Below, one piece after another: positions 18,305 to 28,132 of a stretch of 64,000 bases of DNA. Location: positions 24,572-88,571 of the forward strand of contig DNEP01000001.1 in NCBI GenBank assembly GCA_003487265.1, given 5' to 3'. The stretch's first letter is position 1. Every line of letters begins with the position of its first letter. A program made the translations under genes and the position numbers. Under the pieces are notes generated by a model that was not told the DNA's origin, ran no database searches, and saw nothing but the letters and a program-made list of their open reading frames with translations. The DNA is from Minisyncoccota bacterium. GTDB lineage: Bacteria > Patescibacteriota > Microgenomatia > UBA1400 > UBA12028.

Positions 18305-19168
18305 TTACGGTGTTGTCTTTACAATATCGGTCCCAGAAATCATAGAAAATTCAAGAAAAGAGAGGGGCATGGGGAGCGATCGAATCACTTGAATCGCTTT
18401 TTTTTCATCCCCGTCGGTGTTTTCCGCCTTCGCAACAACGCTCCATTGAACGGCATCCGATCCTAACGCCGTGCCGGAAACTCGAATGTTTGTATCGGAA
18501 GAAAGCGCACGAACAGAAAACACACGTTCTTCACTTGTCGATGAATTTCCTGGAGAAAATTCTAATCTGCGTGTAAAGGCGGAGTTTCCATCTGCGCTTA
18601 TATCTTCACCCGATGCTTCAAAACAGGTGGGATCGGACGGATCTTCGGGATCACAGTCTCTTCCGTTATAGGCTGCCGTTTTCGACCAATACGTATTCGA
18701 TGTCGCAGAATAAAAGTAGCGAGTAATCAACAATGATGCTTGTTGCGCACCACCTTCGGGTGGATTTTTCTGATTCCATTCGAGAACAAGCGTTCCCGCA
18801 CTATCCACAGGAACCGCCAGAGGAATCATTACCGACTCACCTTCGAGAAGTGAAAAATCGAGTTTTTCGAGTTGTGGAGTAATCGCGTACTCTCCGTATC
18901 CATCCACACTTCCCGAAACCGCGTCGTTTGAAAATGAATCCGCCTGAGACAGCGCCTCTTCCAGCACGGTCTCTGCCGATTGAAAGGTTGAGGAACTGTT
19001 CTGTTCCTGACGTGAAAGTGCAATATCTTGCACCGATCGATTCGCAACCGACACGCCCACCCCTAATACAACCGCCATCACAAGCATCGCGATAAGCGCG
19101 ACTTGCCCCGACTGTTTTGCGTATTGCCGTTCGGTATACAAATGAAAATCTGGAAAAAAATGTTTCAT
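18305..19168 (-). CDS. PilX-like minor pilin / pilus-associated membrane protein
   Basis: N-terminus QSGQVALIAMLVMAVVLGVGVSVANRS resembles the PilX_N helix. It is followed by a secreted-type domain with conserved Cys pairs, and lies between the pseudopilin genes and pilM. Confidence 0.45.
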   Translation of the reverse strand: MKHFFPDFHLYTERQYAKQSGQVALIAMLVMAVVLGVGVSVANRSVQDIALSRQEQNSSSTFQSAETVLEEALSQADSFSNDAVSGSVDGYGEYAITPQLEKLDFSLLEGESVMIPLAVPVDSAGTLVLEWNQKNPPEGGAQQASLLITRYFYSATSNTYWSKTAAYNGRDCDPEDPSDPTCFEASGEDISADGNSAFTRRLEFSPGNSSTSEERVFSVRALSSDTNIRVSGTALGSDAVQWSVVAKAENTDGDEKKAIQVIRSLPMPLSFLEFSMISGTDIVKTTP

Positions 19169-19190
19169 ATGTTCATTGTACGCAATGTTC

Positions 19191-19706
19191 TCATTTTCTC
19201 AAAGTCACGGTTGTCTGAAATACTTGCGTGGCGGGAACAGCAACCGAACGTTCTTGCTTAATTTGTAGTCCAAAAGAAATGCTCACCGAACTGTACGTTT
19301 CTCCAACCCCCGTTGAGCAAGAAAACGTGAGTGGATATGCATCGGGAACGAGCACAAACGCATCCGTAAAATAGGAAACCGAACTGCCGGAAGCGCTCGC
19401 GATTCTATCACTATCTGTTTGAAGCGTTGTTTTTCCAAAATCAGCATTAATCAACTCAAGATGATCTGATTCACACACAGAAATCCGCTGCGCGTTTCGC
19501 ACCATCGCCTCAAGGTGGGTGAGGGCAACGCTTCCCTGTTGTTTGAGATCGGTGCTAATCGAGATGTGCTCATCACTTCGAAGCGTTGTGAGAAACACGC
19601 CAACAATCGCAGATGAAATCAGCACAAAAACCGAAATCACGATGATCAGCTCGATGAGCGTAAAACCACGTTGACTTGATTTTGATTTGTGATTAATCTT
19701 CATCAA
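19191..19706 (-). CDS. Prepilin-type (pseudopilin/minor pilin) protein
   Basis: Prepilin N-terminal motif QRGFTLIELIIVISVFVL with Glu at +5. Confidence 0.7.
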   Translation of the reverse strand: MMKINHKSKSSQRGFTLIELIIVISVFVLISSAIVGVFLTTLRSDEHISISTDLKQQGSVALTHLEAMVRNAQRISVCESDHLELINADFGKTTLQTDSDRIASASGSSVSYFTDAFVLVPDAYPLTFSCSTGVGETYSSVSISFGLQIKQERSVAVPATQVFQTTVTLRK

Positions 19707-20218
19707 TCAATCCTTTTTTTGTAGTTCATCTCTAAAGATGAGGATAGTTCGGCATCGGATCCATCATCTAACCGTGCTTGCGATACTGCGGTAACCTCAT
19801 CGGCTGTGATGGTAATCACGACCGTTCGCAAAAAAGAGGTTGTGGGAATAAAATCTGTACATCCGTCAACTGTCGTTAAAAAGGTTTCGGTATTCAAGGT
19901 TGTTCCGTCCACAACCGTTGGAAGCGCGGGGAGCGTGGGAACACACCACACGCTGTGTGAATCGGCGGTTGCGGTTTGAAGAGAGGCAACAAACTCCGCC
20001 CAACCTACTTTTTCCCGATACGCGTGCAACCACTCAAGCGGTTGTTTTGCATAGTACACGAGATGTTGATGTTGTTCGCTTGATCGTTGTGAGCGAACGA
20101 CAAGCGTAATCGTTGACATCACCGCCACCAGCGCAATTGATACAATGGCAAGCGCGACCAAAACCTCGATCAGTGATGACCCTCGTTGTTTTTTTGCTGA
20201 AATAAAAAAAGCGTTCAT
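19703..20218 (-). CDS. Prepilin-type minor pilin
   Basis: QRGSSLIEVLVALAIVSIALV prepilin methylation/cleavage motif. 4-nt overlap with the downstream gene. Confidence 0.65.
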   Translation of the reverse strand: MNAFFISAKKQRGSSLIEVLVALAIVSIALVAVMSTITLVVRSQRSSEQHQHLVYYAKQPLEWLHAYREKVGWAEFVASLQTATADSHSVWCVPTLPALPTVVDGTTLNTETFLTTVDGCTDFIPTTSFLRTVVITITADEVTAVSQARLDDGSDAELSSSLEMNYKKRID

Positions 20219-20220
20219 TG

Positions 20221-20733
20221 TTATGGGATCTCCACAAGGTTCGCATCCGAAATACTACCCGAATCATCAATGGTAATGGCGATATGTCGATCGGTTGCTC
20301 CGATTTTTCGCAAATGCAAGGTTGTTGTTTCCATCGAAGAAGCGCCGATCCCCCGCACAGGCGTCGCGAATCGAATGATTGCAGGTTCTTCAAATTCATA
20401 TCCCGCGGGAAACGGGATGTACGTAATTGAAGGGGTACTTGGATCACAGATCGCGTTAATCTGATATTGATAGGAATAGAGATCAAATAACACTTGATAT
20501 CCTGTTAATGGACTCGTCGAACAATCGGCCGGTTTTTCCCCACTCAGCGCGCTTTTTTGAACCTTTCGCAAGGTTGTCACCGCTTCTTTTCCCGCGTGTA
20601 ACAACGACTGCGTTTCATTGTATTGATTGAATCCCGCCACAGAAACTCCAAGAAATAACATCATAATTGCAACGGAGACAAGCAACTCGATCAAGGTAAA
20701 ACCATGATGAACAGAAACAGAGGCAGTGTGCAT
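20221..20733 (-). CDS. Prepilin-type minor pilin
   Basis: HHGFTLIELLVSVAIMMLFL prepilin motif. Confidence 0.7.
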   Translation of the reverse strand: MHTASVSVHHGFTLIELLVSVAIMMLFLGVSVAGFNQYNETQSLLHAGKEAVTTLRKVQKSALSGEKPADCSTSPLTGYQVLFDLYSYQYQINAICDPSTPSITYIPFPAGYEFEEPAIIRFATPVRGIGASSMETTTLHLRKIGATDRHIAITIDDSGSISDANLVEIP

Positions 20734-20766
20734 AGAAAAAGTATACCGTATTTTGTGAGGAGAAGG

Positions 20767-21207
20767 TTAGGGGTTTTCAAAACAACACGAAAACGGCTTC
20801 GCCGTACCCGAACAAGTCATTCCATCCTGAGTTGATGTTTCAAAATTCGCACAGAGCGAGTACGATTTATTGTCTGCACTCGGTGTGTAACTGTACACGT
20901 ACGGTGCGTCGTTTTGCGGATCGTACATTGAGGGGACAGAGAGGTAACTCGCACCGTTTAAAGTTGTAATCATTCCATCCCAAGTTTCATCGCTGGGATA
21001 GGTCAACAGTGGAGGTTGAGAGCGATACATTTCCAGCGCTGTGCGCACTTGACTCAAATCGGCTTTACGCTTTCCGTCGCGGGCTTTTGCGGATGACGCG
21101 GTGTAACTCACAATACCAATCGTCGCCAACAACGCGAGAATTGTCGTTGCGACAAGAAGTTCTATCATGGTAAATCCAAAAGATGATTTATTTTGAAAAC
21201 GTAACAT
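20767..21207 (-). CDS. Type IV pilin / GspG-like pseudopilin
   Basis: SFGFTMIELLVATTILALLATIG followed by ARDGKRKADL, a GspG/PulG-like signature. Confidence 0.75.
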   Translation of the reverse strand: MLRFQNKSSFGFTMIELLVATTILALLATIGIVSYTASSAKARDGKRKADLSQVRTALEMYRSQPPLLTYPSDETWDGMITTLNGASYLSVPSMYDPQNDAPYVYSYTPSADNKSYSLCANFETSTQDGMTCSGTAKPFSCCFENP

Positions 21208-21228
21208 ATCGCATGCTTTCTCGTATTG

Positions 21229-21642
21229 TTATTGCTGTTCCTTCACACAAAAATATGGACTTCCCGCATCCGAACTAAAGGTACACGTCGTATTTTCACT
21301 GTTTCCTTTAAGATTCTCCAACGGAGCGCAAATACAGTAGGTGGATGTACTACAGTTATTCGTGTAGTATATCCACTCCGATTGATTTTTTGGATCAACG
21401 GGAACTCCTGCGGGGAGATAATCGGTTGTGGGGACACAGTCTGCGGGATAGTTTCCGGCATTCGCCTTTTGCTGTTCAAGTGCAGATTGCCACGCTCGCA
21501 TATCGGCTTTTCGTTTTCCGTCGCGGGCGGTTTTTTGACCGTTGGTGTAGCTCACCGCACTAACGCTGAGCAAAATTCCAATGATTGAAATCACAACGAG
21601 TAACTCAAGCAAGGTAAATCCGAACGACTTGATGTGTTTCAT
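21229..21642 (-). CDS. Type IV pilin / GspG-like pseudopilin (paralog of the 20767-21207 gene)
   Basis: MKHIKSFGFTLLELLVVISIIGILLSV followed by ARDGKRKADM. Start moved to the internal Met (ATG at 21642) because the ORF-track N-terminal extension is non-pilin sequence. Confidence 0.75.
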   Translation of the reverse strand: MKHIKSFGFTLLELLVVISIIGILLSVSAVSYTNGQKTARDGKRKADMRAWQSALEQQKANAGNYPADCVPTTDYLPAGVPVDPKNQSEWIYYTNNCSTSTYCICAPLENLKGNSENTTCTFSSDAGSPYFCVKEQQ

Positions 21643-21724
21643 AGTACTAGTATGGGTATCGGGCAAGAGCCTGTCAAGCGAGAAATCGATATTCGGTGTT
21701 GTCGAACCAGCGTTTGCCATATGA

Positions 21725-24700
21725 TTACGGTGCGATCTCGAACCAATCGTACGTTGATTTTTTCAAGGAATCAGGAGCGTTCAACACCAGATCGGGTCGG
21801 ACAAAAAACACTTCCGCGGGAGAGTCGTTGTTTCCAATTCCACTCAAGTTTCGCTCAAGATTAAATCCTTGCCATCCCACAAAAGTTCCCGCACCAATGA
21901 ACTGCGTGTCACCCGAGCCGTCGGTATTGGTACCTGTTGAGATTGTTCCATCGGCAACATACACCCCTTGAACCATTGCCTCTGCAAGCGCGGTTTCTGC
22001 GTATGCTTCCATTTCAAGTTCGTCGGCACTCAACGGCTCCGCAAGTCCCAATGATGCATCAATGGAGATATCTCCACTCGCAACAATCATTAAGAAACCA
22101 CCCAGCTCTACCGTGATTTGGTTTTCGATCACAACATCTCCATCGACAACAAGAATGGCACGCATGGATGATGGAATGGTGAGATCTCCGTTTACGACAA
22201 TTGTATCTGAAGCGAAAAACGCATCCGCGTCTGCGTTGGCGTACGGTTGGGTAAACAAAGATGTATCCGAAAGTTCATGCGGAAGCGCTTGGTTTGTGAA
22301 ATCGTCTACGGGAACTGCGGGAAGATTGAGCATCTGTTTGAGATACGCATATCCCGTTTTTTCTGCACTTGTGGATAGGGTCGCATATTTTTCTGCATCT
22401 TTTTCATCTTCAGCACGAATCGAACCGTTCCCCAACGAAATATCGGAAAGCATCTCGCCGATTAGCGGGAATCCCGAGGTGTTGTCCCGTCCATACGTGG
22501 GATTTGGATTTCCATGGGCGTATTTTTGCATAAGCGTATACGAAGTGGGTGTGCGTAGGGGAATTGCTTGACCAATCGATCCATTTCCTCCTCGTGAGGG
22601 AAGCGCGCCCACCATCACGCTCCCACCAAAAACTTGAAACCACGCATCGGAAACACTCAAAACCGTATAATCTTGCGTGATTACATCGTCTGAAACAACC
22701 GAAATCGTTGGAGTCGTTTGAGGACAGACGAGTCCGTAGCCGGGCAAACCAAATATCGTGCCGTTTGTGATGCTAGGGCGGTATGTGGTGGCTTGATCTA
22801 ATCCTAAGGTTGGTACTTGCACACTATATCCCCCAAGCACATCTGCGGAATCGTTATATGATCCAAAATCTGTTGAAGAATATGAAATAGACGGGAGCGG
22901 ATCGGTAATTGGAGTACCCGGTGTACAGGTTGATGATTCGGTAATGGTTCCCTGAATTGTTGCGACACAAGAATCATTTTCTATTTGTGGGTGCTCGGTT
23001 GAACAAAAATGCGTTCCCGTACGCGTCCCTCCATCACAGACATCCGGCTCCCAATCGATGGTATCGGAACAGTACACAGCGTTGTCGTTTTCGGAACACG
23101 ACACATACCCCACACTCTCACAATCAACTGTTCCTCCATAGGCTTCATATGAACAAAACGGATTCCCCGAACACAACGGCTGGGGATCGGCTTCGTCGGT
23201 GTGAACCGAACAATGAAAATAATAATCTTCAGAAGAAACGATAAGATCATCTATTGAAGCGGTGCACGATTCTCCTGCGGATGCAGAACATTCATCAAGC
23301 TTGTAGACCGTTTCTCCAAATGCGTTCACTTTAAGAATGGTGTTCGTTTCGGATGTTGGAGGCGCGAGAAGATCGTCTCCATCTCGTTGCTCAGCAAAAA
23401 TTCGCACTATTGCGTTATTCAGCGACCCCCCTGTTCCCGTTGCCGAAACGGAAACCAATTCGTTTTGATCGGTCCCCGATAAAGTCGAAACCGTAATTGA
23501 ACAAGTGGAGTTGTCAACTACGGGCGGAGGAGTCGTGGACTGTTGACACGGTTGATACTGTGAAGAAGGAATAATCGTCCATTCTGCAGGCCACGCATCG
23601 GTTGGATTTGCCCGATATCGAGAAAGCACCGTAAGATTTCCCTGGTAAGTTATTGATGCGTCACCAATCACATGCATTCCTTGGACAGGATAGGGGACTC
23701 CTCCGTGAATATGAAAGTGTTGATCGTCGAACATTGCCAGTTCCGTTTGTGGATCCTCTCCACCCAAAGAAAGTTTGTACACCCCAGAAATTCCCATTAA
23801 TGCATCGGGGTCTGCGGGCCACGGGTTGTACCAATCTCCCGCACCATACGCACCAAATGCAAAAGCCGCTTGCAAGTTCCCATCGCTCCCTGGTCCCGCG
23901 GGTTCACGCTGAATCTTGAATTGATAATACCCATCAACTGGTGGAACAAAATACCCAATGTATGATGTGAGCGTCCACCCTCGGCACTCATCCATCGCAA
24001 AATACGGAATAGTGCTTGAAATGGGTTGAAACGGAGCGCCTGCCGCCCATCTTGTGTCAACATACGCAGAATCAGGAAGATATTCGTACGCAAACCGCAT
24101 CCATCCCGATGCGCTACTCAAGCTTCGATACACGCGCAGACCCGAGGTTGGTTCACCCGTAGGAACCGATCCATCTGCATTACACGCTGATGCGATTGGA
24201 CCAGAAGTTGAACACGATGAGGGTGGGGGTGGCGTTTCTCCACCTTCACCGCCACCTGGGAGCGTTGAACCGGGGCAACACCCGAGGAGTTGCCAGCGTT
24301 CAAAAGGTTCACCTGGAACATAGCTTTGTTCATCCCGCAACACATCGCAGTCTGAATATCCGTGAACGGTGCAGTCGCCAACACAACTGCCATCGTACCC
24401 TGCATTGAATAGATTATCGGACTCTGGCACACATGGGCAGGTAGTTTCACCCTTAAGAATCGGATCGTAACAAAGATCATCCGCTTGAGAACACCACCCT
24501 TTGCATTGACCAATATTCCACATACGAGTGGCAGAGGAATAATACTCACCCGATCCGCGCAACGTGCAGTAATTTGTCCCATCTAAGGTGTACGCATTGC
24601 ACGTCGAACTCTGAGAAATCGTCGTTTCTGCACATGCTTGTCCTCCTTCAGCGACCCGACAAGAAGAGACCACGGAAATTCCAGTCGTCGCATCTTGAGG

Positions 24701-24793
24701 ACAGGTGAGTCCATCACCACAGTACTGATCCGCACGAACCATCCCAACAGAACCAAAGCTCAAAAAACAAAAAAGGACAAGAATTTTTTTCAT
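21725..24793 (-). CDS. Large (1022 aa) Cys-rich secreted protein with a PA14-like segment, a candidate pilus-associated adhesin
   Basis: Signal peptide MKKILVLFCFLSFGSVGMVRA. More than 60 Cys in CxxC/CxC-rich modules. The segment LTSYIGYFVPPVDGYYQFKI...DDQHFHIHGG resembles the PA14 core (GYF.PP.tG.Y.F). It sits directly upstream of the minor-pilin block, where PilY1/PilC-type tip adhesins usually lie. Confidence 0.45.
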   Translation of the reverse strand: MKKILVLFCFLSFGSVGMVRADQYCGDGLTCPQDATTGISVVSSCRVAEGGQACAETTISQSSTCNAYTLDGTNYCTLRGSGEYYSSATRMWNIGQCKGWCSQADDLCYDPILKGETTCPCVPESDNLFNAGYDGSCVGDCTVHGYSDCDVLRDEQSYVPGEPFERWQLLGCCPGSTLPGGGEGGETPPPPSSCSTSGPIASACNADGSVPTGEPTSGLRVYRSLSSASGWMRFAYEYLPDSAYVDTRWAAGAPFQPISSTIPYFAMDECRGWTLTSYIGYFVPPVDGYYQFKIQREPAGPGSDGNLQAAFAFGAYGAGDWYNPWPADPDALMGISGVYKLSLGGEDPQTELAMFDDQHFHIHGGVPYPVQGMHVIGDASITYQGNLTVLSRYRANPTDAWPAEWTIIPSSQYQPCQQSTTPPPVVDNSTCSITVSTLSGTDQNELVSVSATGTGGSLNNAIVRIFAEQRDGDDLLAPPTSETNTILKVNAFGETVYKLDECSASAGESCTASIDDLIVSSEDYYFHCSVHTDEADPQPLCSGNPFCSYEAYGGTVDCESVGYVSCSENDNAVYCSDTIDWEPDVCDGGTRTGTHFCSTEHPQIENDSCVATIQGTITESSTCTPGTPITDPLPSISYSSTDFGSYNDSADVLGGYSVQVPTLGLDQATTYRPSITNGTIFGLPGYGLVCPQTTPTISVVSDDVITQDYTVLSVSDAWFQVFGGSVMVGALPSRGGNGSIGQAIPLRTPTSYTLMQKYAHGNPNPTYGRDNTSGFPLIGEMLSDISLGNGSIRAEDEKDAEKYATLSTSAEKTGYAYLKQMLNLPAVPVDDFTNQALPHELSDTSLFTQPYANADADAFFASDTIVVNGDLTIPSSMRAILVVDGDVVIENQITVELGGFLMIVASGDISIDASLGLAEPLSADELEMEAYAETALAEAMVQGVYVADGTISTGTNTDGSGDTQFIGAGTFVGWQGFNLERNLSGIGNNDSPAEVFFVRPDLVLNAPDSLKKSTYDWFEIAP

Positions 24794-24841
24794 GCACTCT
24801 CATTATGCAATGAGATGGAGTGAAGCACAATATTTCATTCG

Positions 24842-25408
24842 TTATCGTGATAGACGAATGGATAGTGCGGGAATAATCCGAGAAACTCCCTGCCTATACT
24901 GAACCCAATCGTTCGAAGAAGAAAACGTGGACGCGTACTGCAATAGATTGCAAAGACGCGTTCCATGTTGACATTCAAGTAAAATGTCTTTTTGCTGCAG
25001 TGACTGTACCGATCCAATATAGTCCACTTGAATTTGATCACCCTTTTTAAGAAACCGTTTGTATTCTTCCAACGTTTTTGGACGAACAAATGCATCTGAT
25101 TTCGAAACCAACGGAAGTGGATCAATCGAAAGAAGATCAAATGTACCAGATAACAACACACGCTCGGATCGTTTCTTGCCAAATTGATCCACATATCCAA
25201 CCTGCACACTCAACACGCCATTTTCTTCGAGAACATCCTCAACTTTTGCTTGAAATGGAGAAACTTGAACCGTTCCCCCAAAAAGTGTGTAAGTCTGATC
25301 AACTGGGGGAGACTGAGGATTGTTTTTGCGGAACAAAAAAAAGACAGCAACGACAGCTCCCAAAATGAGAACAGCTAAAAGAACGCGGAGGGATGTTAAT
25401 TTCTTCAT
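24842..25408 (-). CDS. Hypothetical membrane-anchored protein (188 aa)
   Basis: N-terminal TM/signal anchor (LLAVLILGAVVAVFFL) then a soluble domain. Located inside the pilus locus. Confidence 0.4.
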   Translation of the reverse strand: MKKLTSLRVLLAVLILGAVVAVFFLFRKNNPQSPPVDQTYTLFGGTVQVSPFQAKVEDVLEENGVLSVQVGYVDQFGKKRSERVLLSGTFDLLSIDPLPLVSKSDAFVRPKTLEEYKRFLKKGDQIQVDYIGSVQSLQQKDILLECQHGTRLCNLLQYASTFSSSNDWVQYRQGVSRIIPALSIRLSR

Positions 25409-25447
25409 TCAACTATAATATCACACAACTCATATCATTAAGTTCAG

Positions 25448-28120
25448 TTATGGTGCATTTGGCTCGATAAGAGTTGTAGATCCAATTAGCGCAACATCCT
25501 TTGATACTTGGATTGTGGGATACGCTCCAGAGTTAATGAACGCGAGAAATTGATTGTGAAACTCAGTATCTTGCACTTCTTGATATACACTCGTGACATA
25601 ATCTCTCGGAACTGTTGAAAAATGAACAAGCATGCTACCAATTAGATCTCCTGCTTTGAATAGACGTATATATTCTTCAACTACTTTCACGGTTGTTTGA
25701 TGATCTTTGTACTCTCCCGTTTCTGTCTGAATATCTTCAAGAAATAACATTGAACCACCTGTTGCACTCATCGTCAAGTCTGGCATTAATCCATCAATCC
25801 AATACGCGTATAGTTGTTTACCATATTGTGTGACCATCAACCTCTCAAGAACGCGAACCGTCTGTTCTTTATCTTCAAGATTCTGAAATGTTTTCTCAAC
25901 CACTCGCCATTGACCCGTAAATACCCCCATAAACTCATCAGTAGTCAGTGTAAAAAGATCTGGTGCTCTTCCATACGTTCTCACCTTGTGATATTTCAGC
26001 ATCGTCTTGTTTGGCGTCGACTCATTCCCAGGGAACCATCCAGTCTTCCACAGTTCCTCCACACTCGGCACGGCGTGGCGCCACATGGTTTGGATATCAT
26101 CCTTGTCAAACCAATCCAACTTACGCCATTCACTCGTTTCGGGATCAAGAATCGCCATGTGCATATCGTTCATGGTGTTGGTGAGCACCGTCGCCCGCGT
26201 AAGTTGACCATTTAAGGACACATCGGCTTCATGCACAAGATAAGTCTGCGTGAGATCAAGATTGAACTCAATCGCGAATTGATACGCTTCGGCGGTCCAC
26301 CACCCATTTTGCATCAACACGTACTCAATCTCGCCACCTTTTTTTTCAAGCGCAACGCGCCCGTCGCTTGTTTGGACAGGCGAATAGTCTTCGAGTTTAA
26401 TCTTCACGTCGCGCGAAAACAACGCGCCATCTTCAGATAACGTTCCTTTCGCATCGCTCATCCACGATGGATTTTCAATTGAAGATGCTCGCAAATTCAA
26501 ACTAAATCGCGCTTCACCAGCACCAACAAACTCCAACCAAGGAATGTCTTGATACTCGATCTTTGAACCCATTTCTTTCGCCTGCTCAAGCGGAATCTGA
26601 ATACCCCAACCCTCACCCGTCTTCGGATCGACATACTCAACATACGCGCGCCCAGAAGAACCAACAGGAGCGGGACCTTCAACGCGATTTTCAACAAGAA
26701 CAGCACCCAAACTTTCGAGTTGCAGTCGCCATTCAGATCCAATATTCAACAGTTTCCACTCCACAAACACCCCGTTCTGTGTCCCCACGAACTGTTCTTT
26801 TCCATCTGGGGTCACCGCGAGAAACTGGCTTCCTTTTTTGGCAATATACACTTCTTTTTCTTCCTGCGAGTCCGAAAGCGAAATGATGTGTGATTGTGGT
26901 CGGGTAAGTTGAATTCCACTCCCAATCAAAGTCTCCATCCCATAATACGTGATAACCCACGTGTTAATGCCATCCATTTCCTTCAACACGGCAAGAGGGG
27001 AATCTTGATCGGAATCTTCAAAATGGATTTCTGTGTCGTTCTCAGTAAAAACATACTGCGCAACTGAAGAGAATCCTAAATCATTCGCCAATGATTTCGC
27101 CGTTTCTGCAAACGTTTGCGGAACTTCCGTAGGCGCTGGCTGTGGCAGAGCCTCGACCGTCACTTCGGGAGTGGTAATTGGTTGAAGTGCTCCCGCTACG
27201 GCATCAATGGGGAGAAAGAGAGAAAGAAGTGAAAAACCTGTTGCAGAAGTCATCTTCGCCATAAGCTCAGTATATTGTTGATTGGAAACTTTCTTTGGAG
27301 CTCCAAACAGTACGCTTTCAACTTCACCTGTAAATACACCATTTTCATCGACAGGATAATAGAAAAATTCTGCAACGATGGCATATCCATCCTTTTCTGG
27401 AGTGATATAGATTGCAAAATGCGTATTTGGTTTTGTGACTTCCTTGCCACTTACAATAACAGTTTTTTCAGTTGAAAATAAAAATATATCCGTTTCCCCC
27501 TCATGCGTTTTTCTAATCTGATCCACAACTGCGGTTTGCGTCGGAACGGCAGTGGGTGCTGTCGTTGGTGTGGATGGAGTATTCGAAGAAGATTCCTCAG
27601 TTGTTACGTCTTTTAAATCCTCAAGGAATAACTCAGAAAACTCTGGTGTTTGAGTTGGGAGAGGAGGTGGGAACAATGTCACCTCTTGTTCATTTCGATA
27701 TGTCAAACTCGCGGGAATATATACAGCCGATTCACCATCATATAAAAGTGGATAGACAATTGTGGCATTATCCGTAGCAATAACAATGATTTGTAGTTGA
27801 TATCTAGAAAAATCGAGAGTTTTATGCTCTCGTTTAAACTCTTCGTAGTAAGAAGCAACGCGAGTCGCAACATCTTTGGCAACAACGTTCCAAGACACGA
27901 TCGAGTTTGGAAATTCAACAGACAATAACTGTTGTTCAATTTCCTCCGCATCTGAAGTCGCAGGAAAAATAAACTCTTCTTTTTGTGTTTGATCTTGAGA
28001 TTGTGTTTCGATTTGCGCTTCCTGAGTTGAAAGCGCCTGAGATGCACCCGAACACGCTTCGAGTGCGACTGCTCCAGCTGTGAAAGCAATCCCCACTCTA
28101 TACAGGTTTCTCTCGCTCAT
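25448..28120 (-). CDS. Large (890 aa) putative lipoprotein / secreted protein
   Basis: N-terminal signal with the lipobox-like VALEACSG. Low-complexity Thr/Pro/Glu-rich linker regions. No enzymatic motif recognised. Confidence 0.4.
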   Translation of the reverse strand: MSERNLYRVGIAFTAGAVALEACSGASQALSTQEAQIETQSQDQTQKEEFIFPATSDAEEIEQQLLSVEFPNSIVSWNVVAKDVATRVASYYEEFKREHKTLDFSRYQLQIIVIATDNATIVYPLLYDGESAVYIPASLTYRNEQEVTLFPPPLPTQTPEFSELFLEDLKDVTTEESSSNTPSTPTTAPTAVPTQTAVVDQIRKTHEGETDIFLFSTEKTVIVSGKEVTKPNTHFAIYITPEKDGYAIVAEFFYYPVDENGVFTGEVESVLFGAPKKVSNQQYTELMAKMTSATGFSLLSLFLPIDAVAGALQPITTPEVTVEALPQPAPTEVPQTFAETAKSLANDLGFSSVAQYVFTENDTEIHFEDSDQDSPLAVLKEMDGINTWVITYYGMETLIGSGIQLTRPQSHIISLSDSQEEKEVYIAKKGSQFLAVTPDGKEQFVGTQNGVFVEWKLLNIGSEWRLQLESLGAVLVENRVEGPAPVGSSGRAYVEYVDPKTGEGWGIQIPLEQAKEMGSKIEYQDIPWLEFVGAGEARFSLNLRASSIENPSWMSDAKGTLSEDGALFSRDVKIKLEDYSPVQTSDGRVALEKKGGEIEYVLMQNGWWTAEAYQFAIEFNLDLTQTYLVHEADVSLNGQLTRATVLTNTMNDMHMAILDPETSEWRKLDWFDKDDIQTMWRHAVPSVEELWKTGWFPGNESTPNKTMLKYHKVRTYGRAPDLFTLTTDEFMGVFTGQWRVVEKTFQNLEDKEQTVRVLERLMVTQYGKQLYAYWIDGLMPDLTMSATGGSMLFLEDIQTETGEYKDHQTTVKVVEEYIRLFKAGDLIGSMLVHFSTVPRDYVTSVYQEVQDTEFHNQFLAFINSGAYPTIQVSKDVALIGSTTLIEPNAP

Positions 28121-28132
28121 ACGTGTATTGTA

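Noticed and set aside
21640-21760. Two GGTTCGA-containing segments (reverse strand) that superficially resemble tRNA T-arms upstream of the pilin gene
   Set aside because: No acceptor stem, D-arm or anticodon arm can be folded around them. They are most likely the 5' UTR of the pilin gene.
24794-24841. Imperfect inverted repeat (CACTCTCATT-N4-AATGAGATGGAGTG) between the 188-aa gene and the 1022-aa gene, as a possible terminator or attenuator
   Set aside because: The stem is interrupted and is not followed by a T-run on the transcribed (minus) strand. That is insufficient to call an intrinsic terminator.
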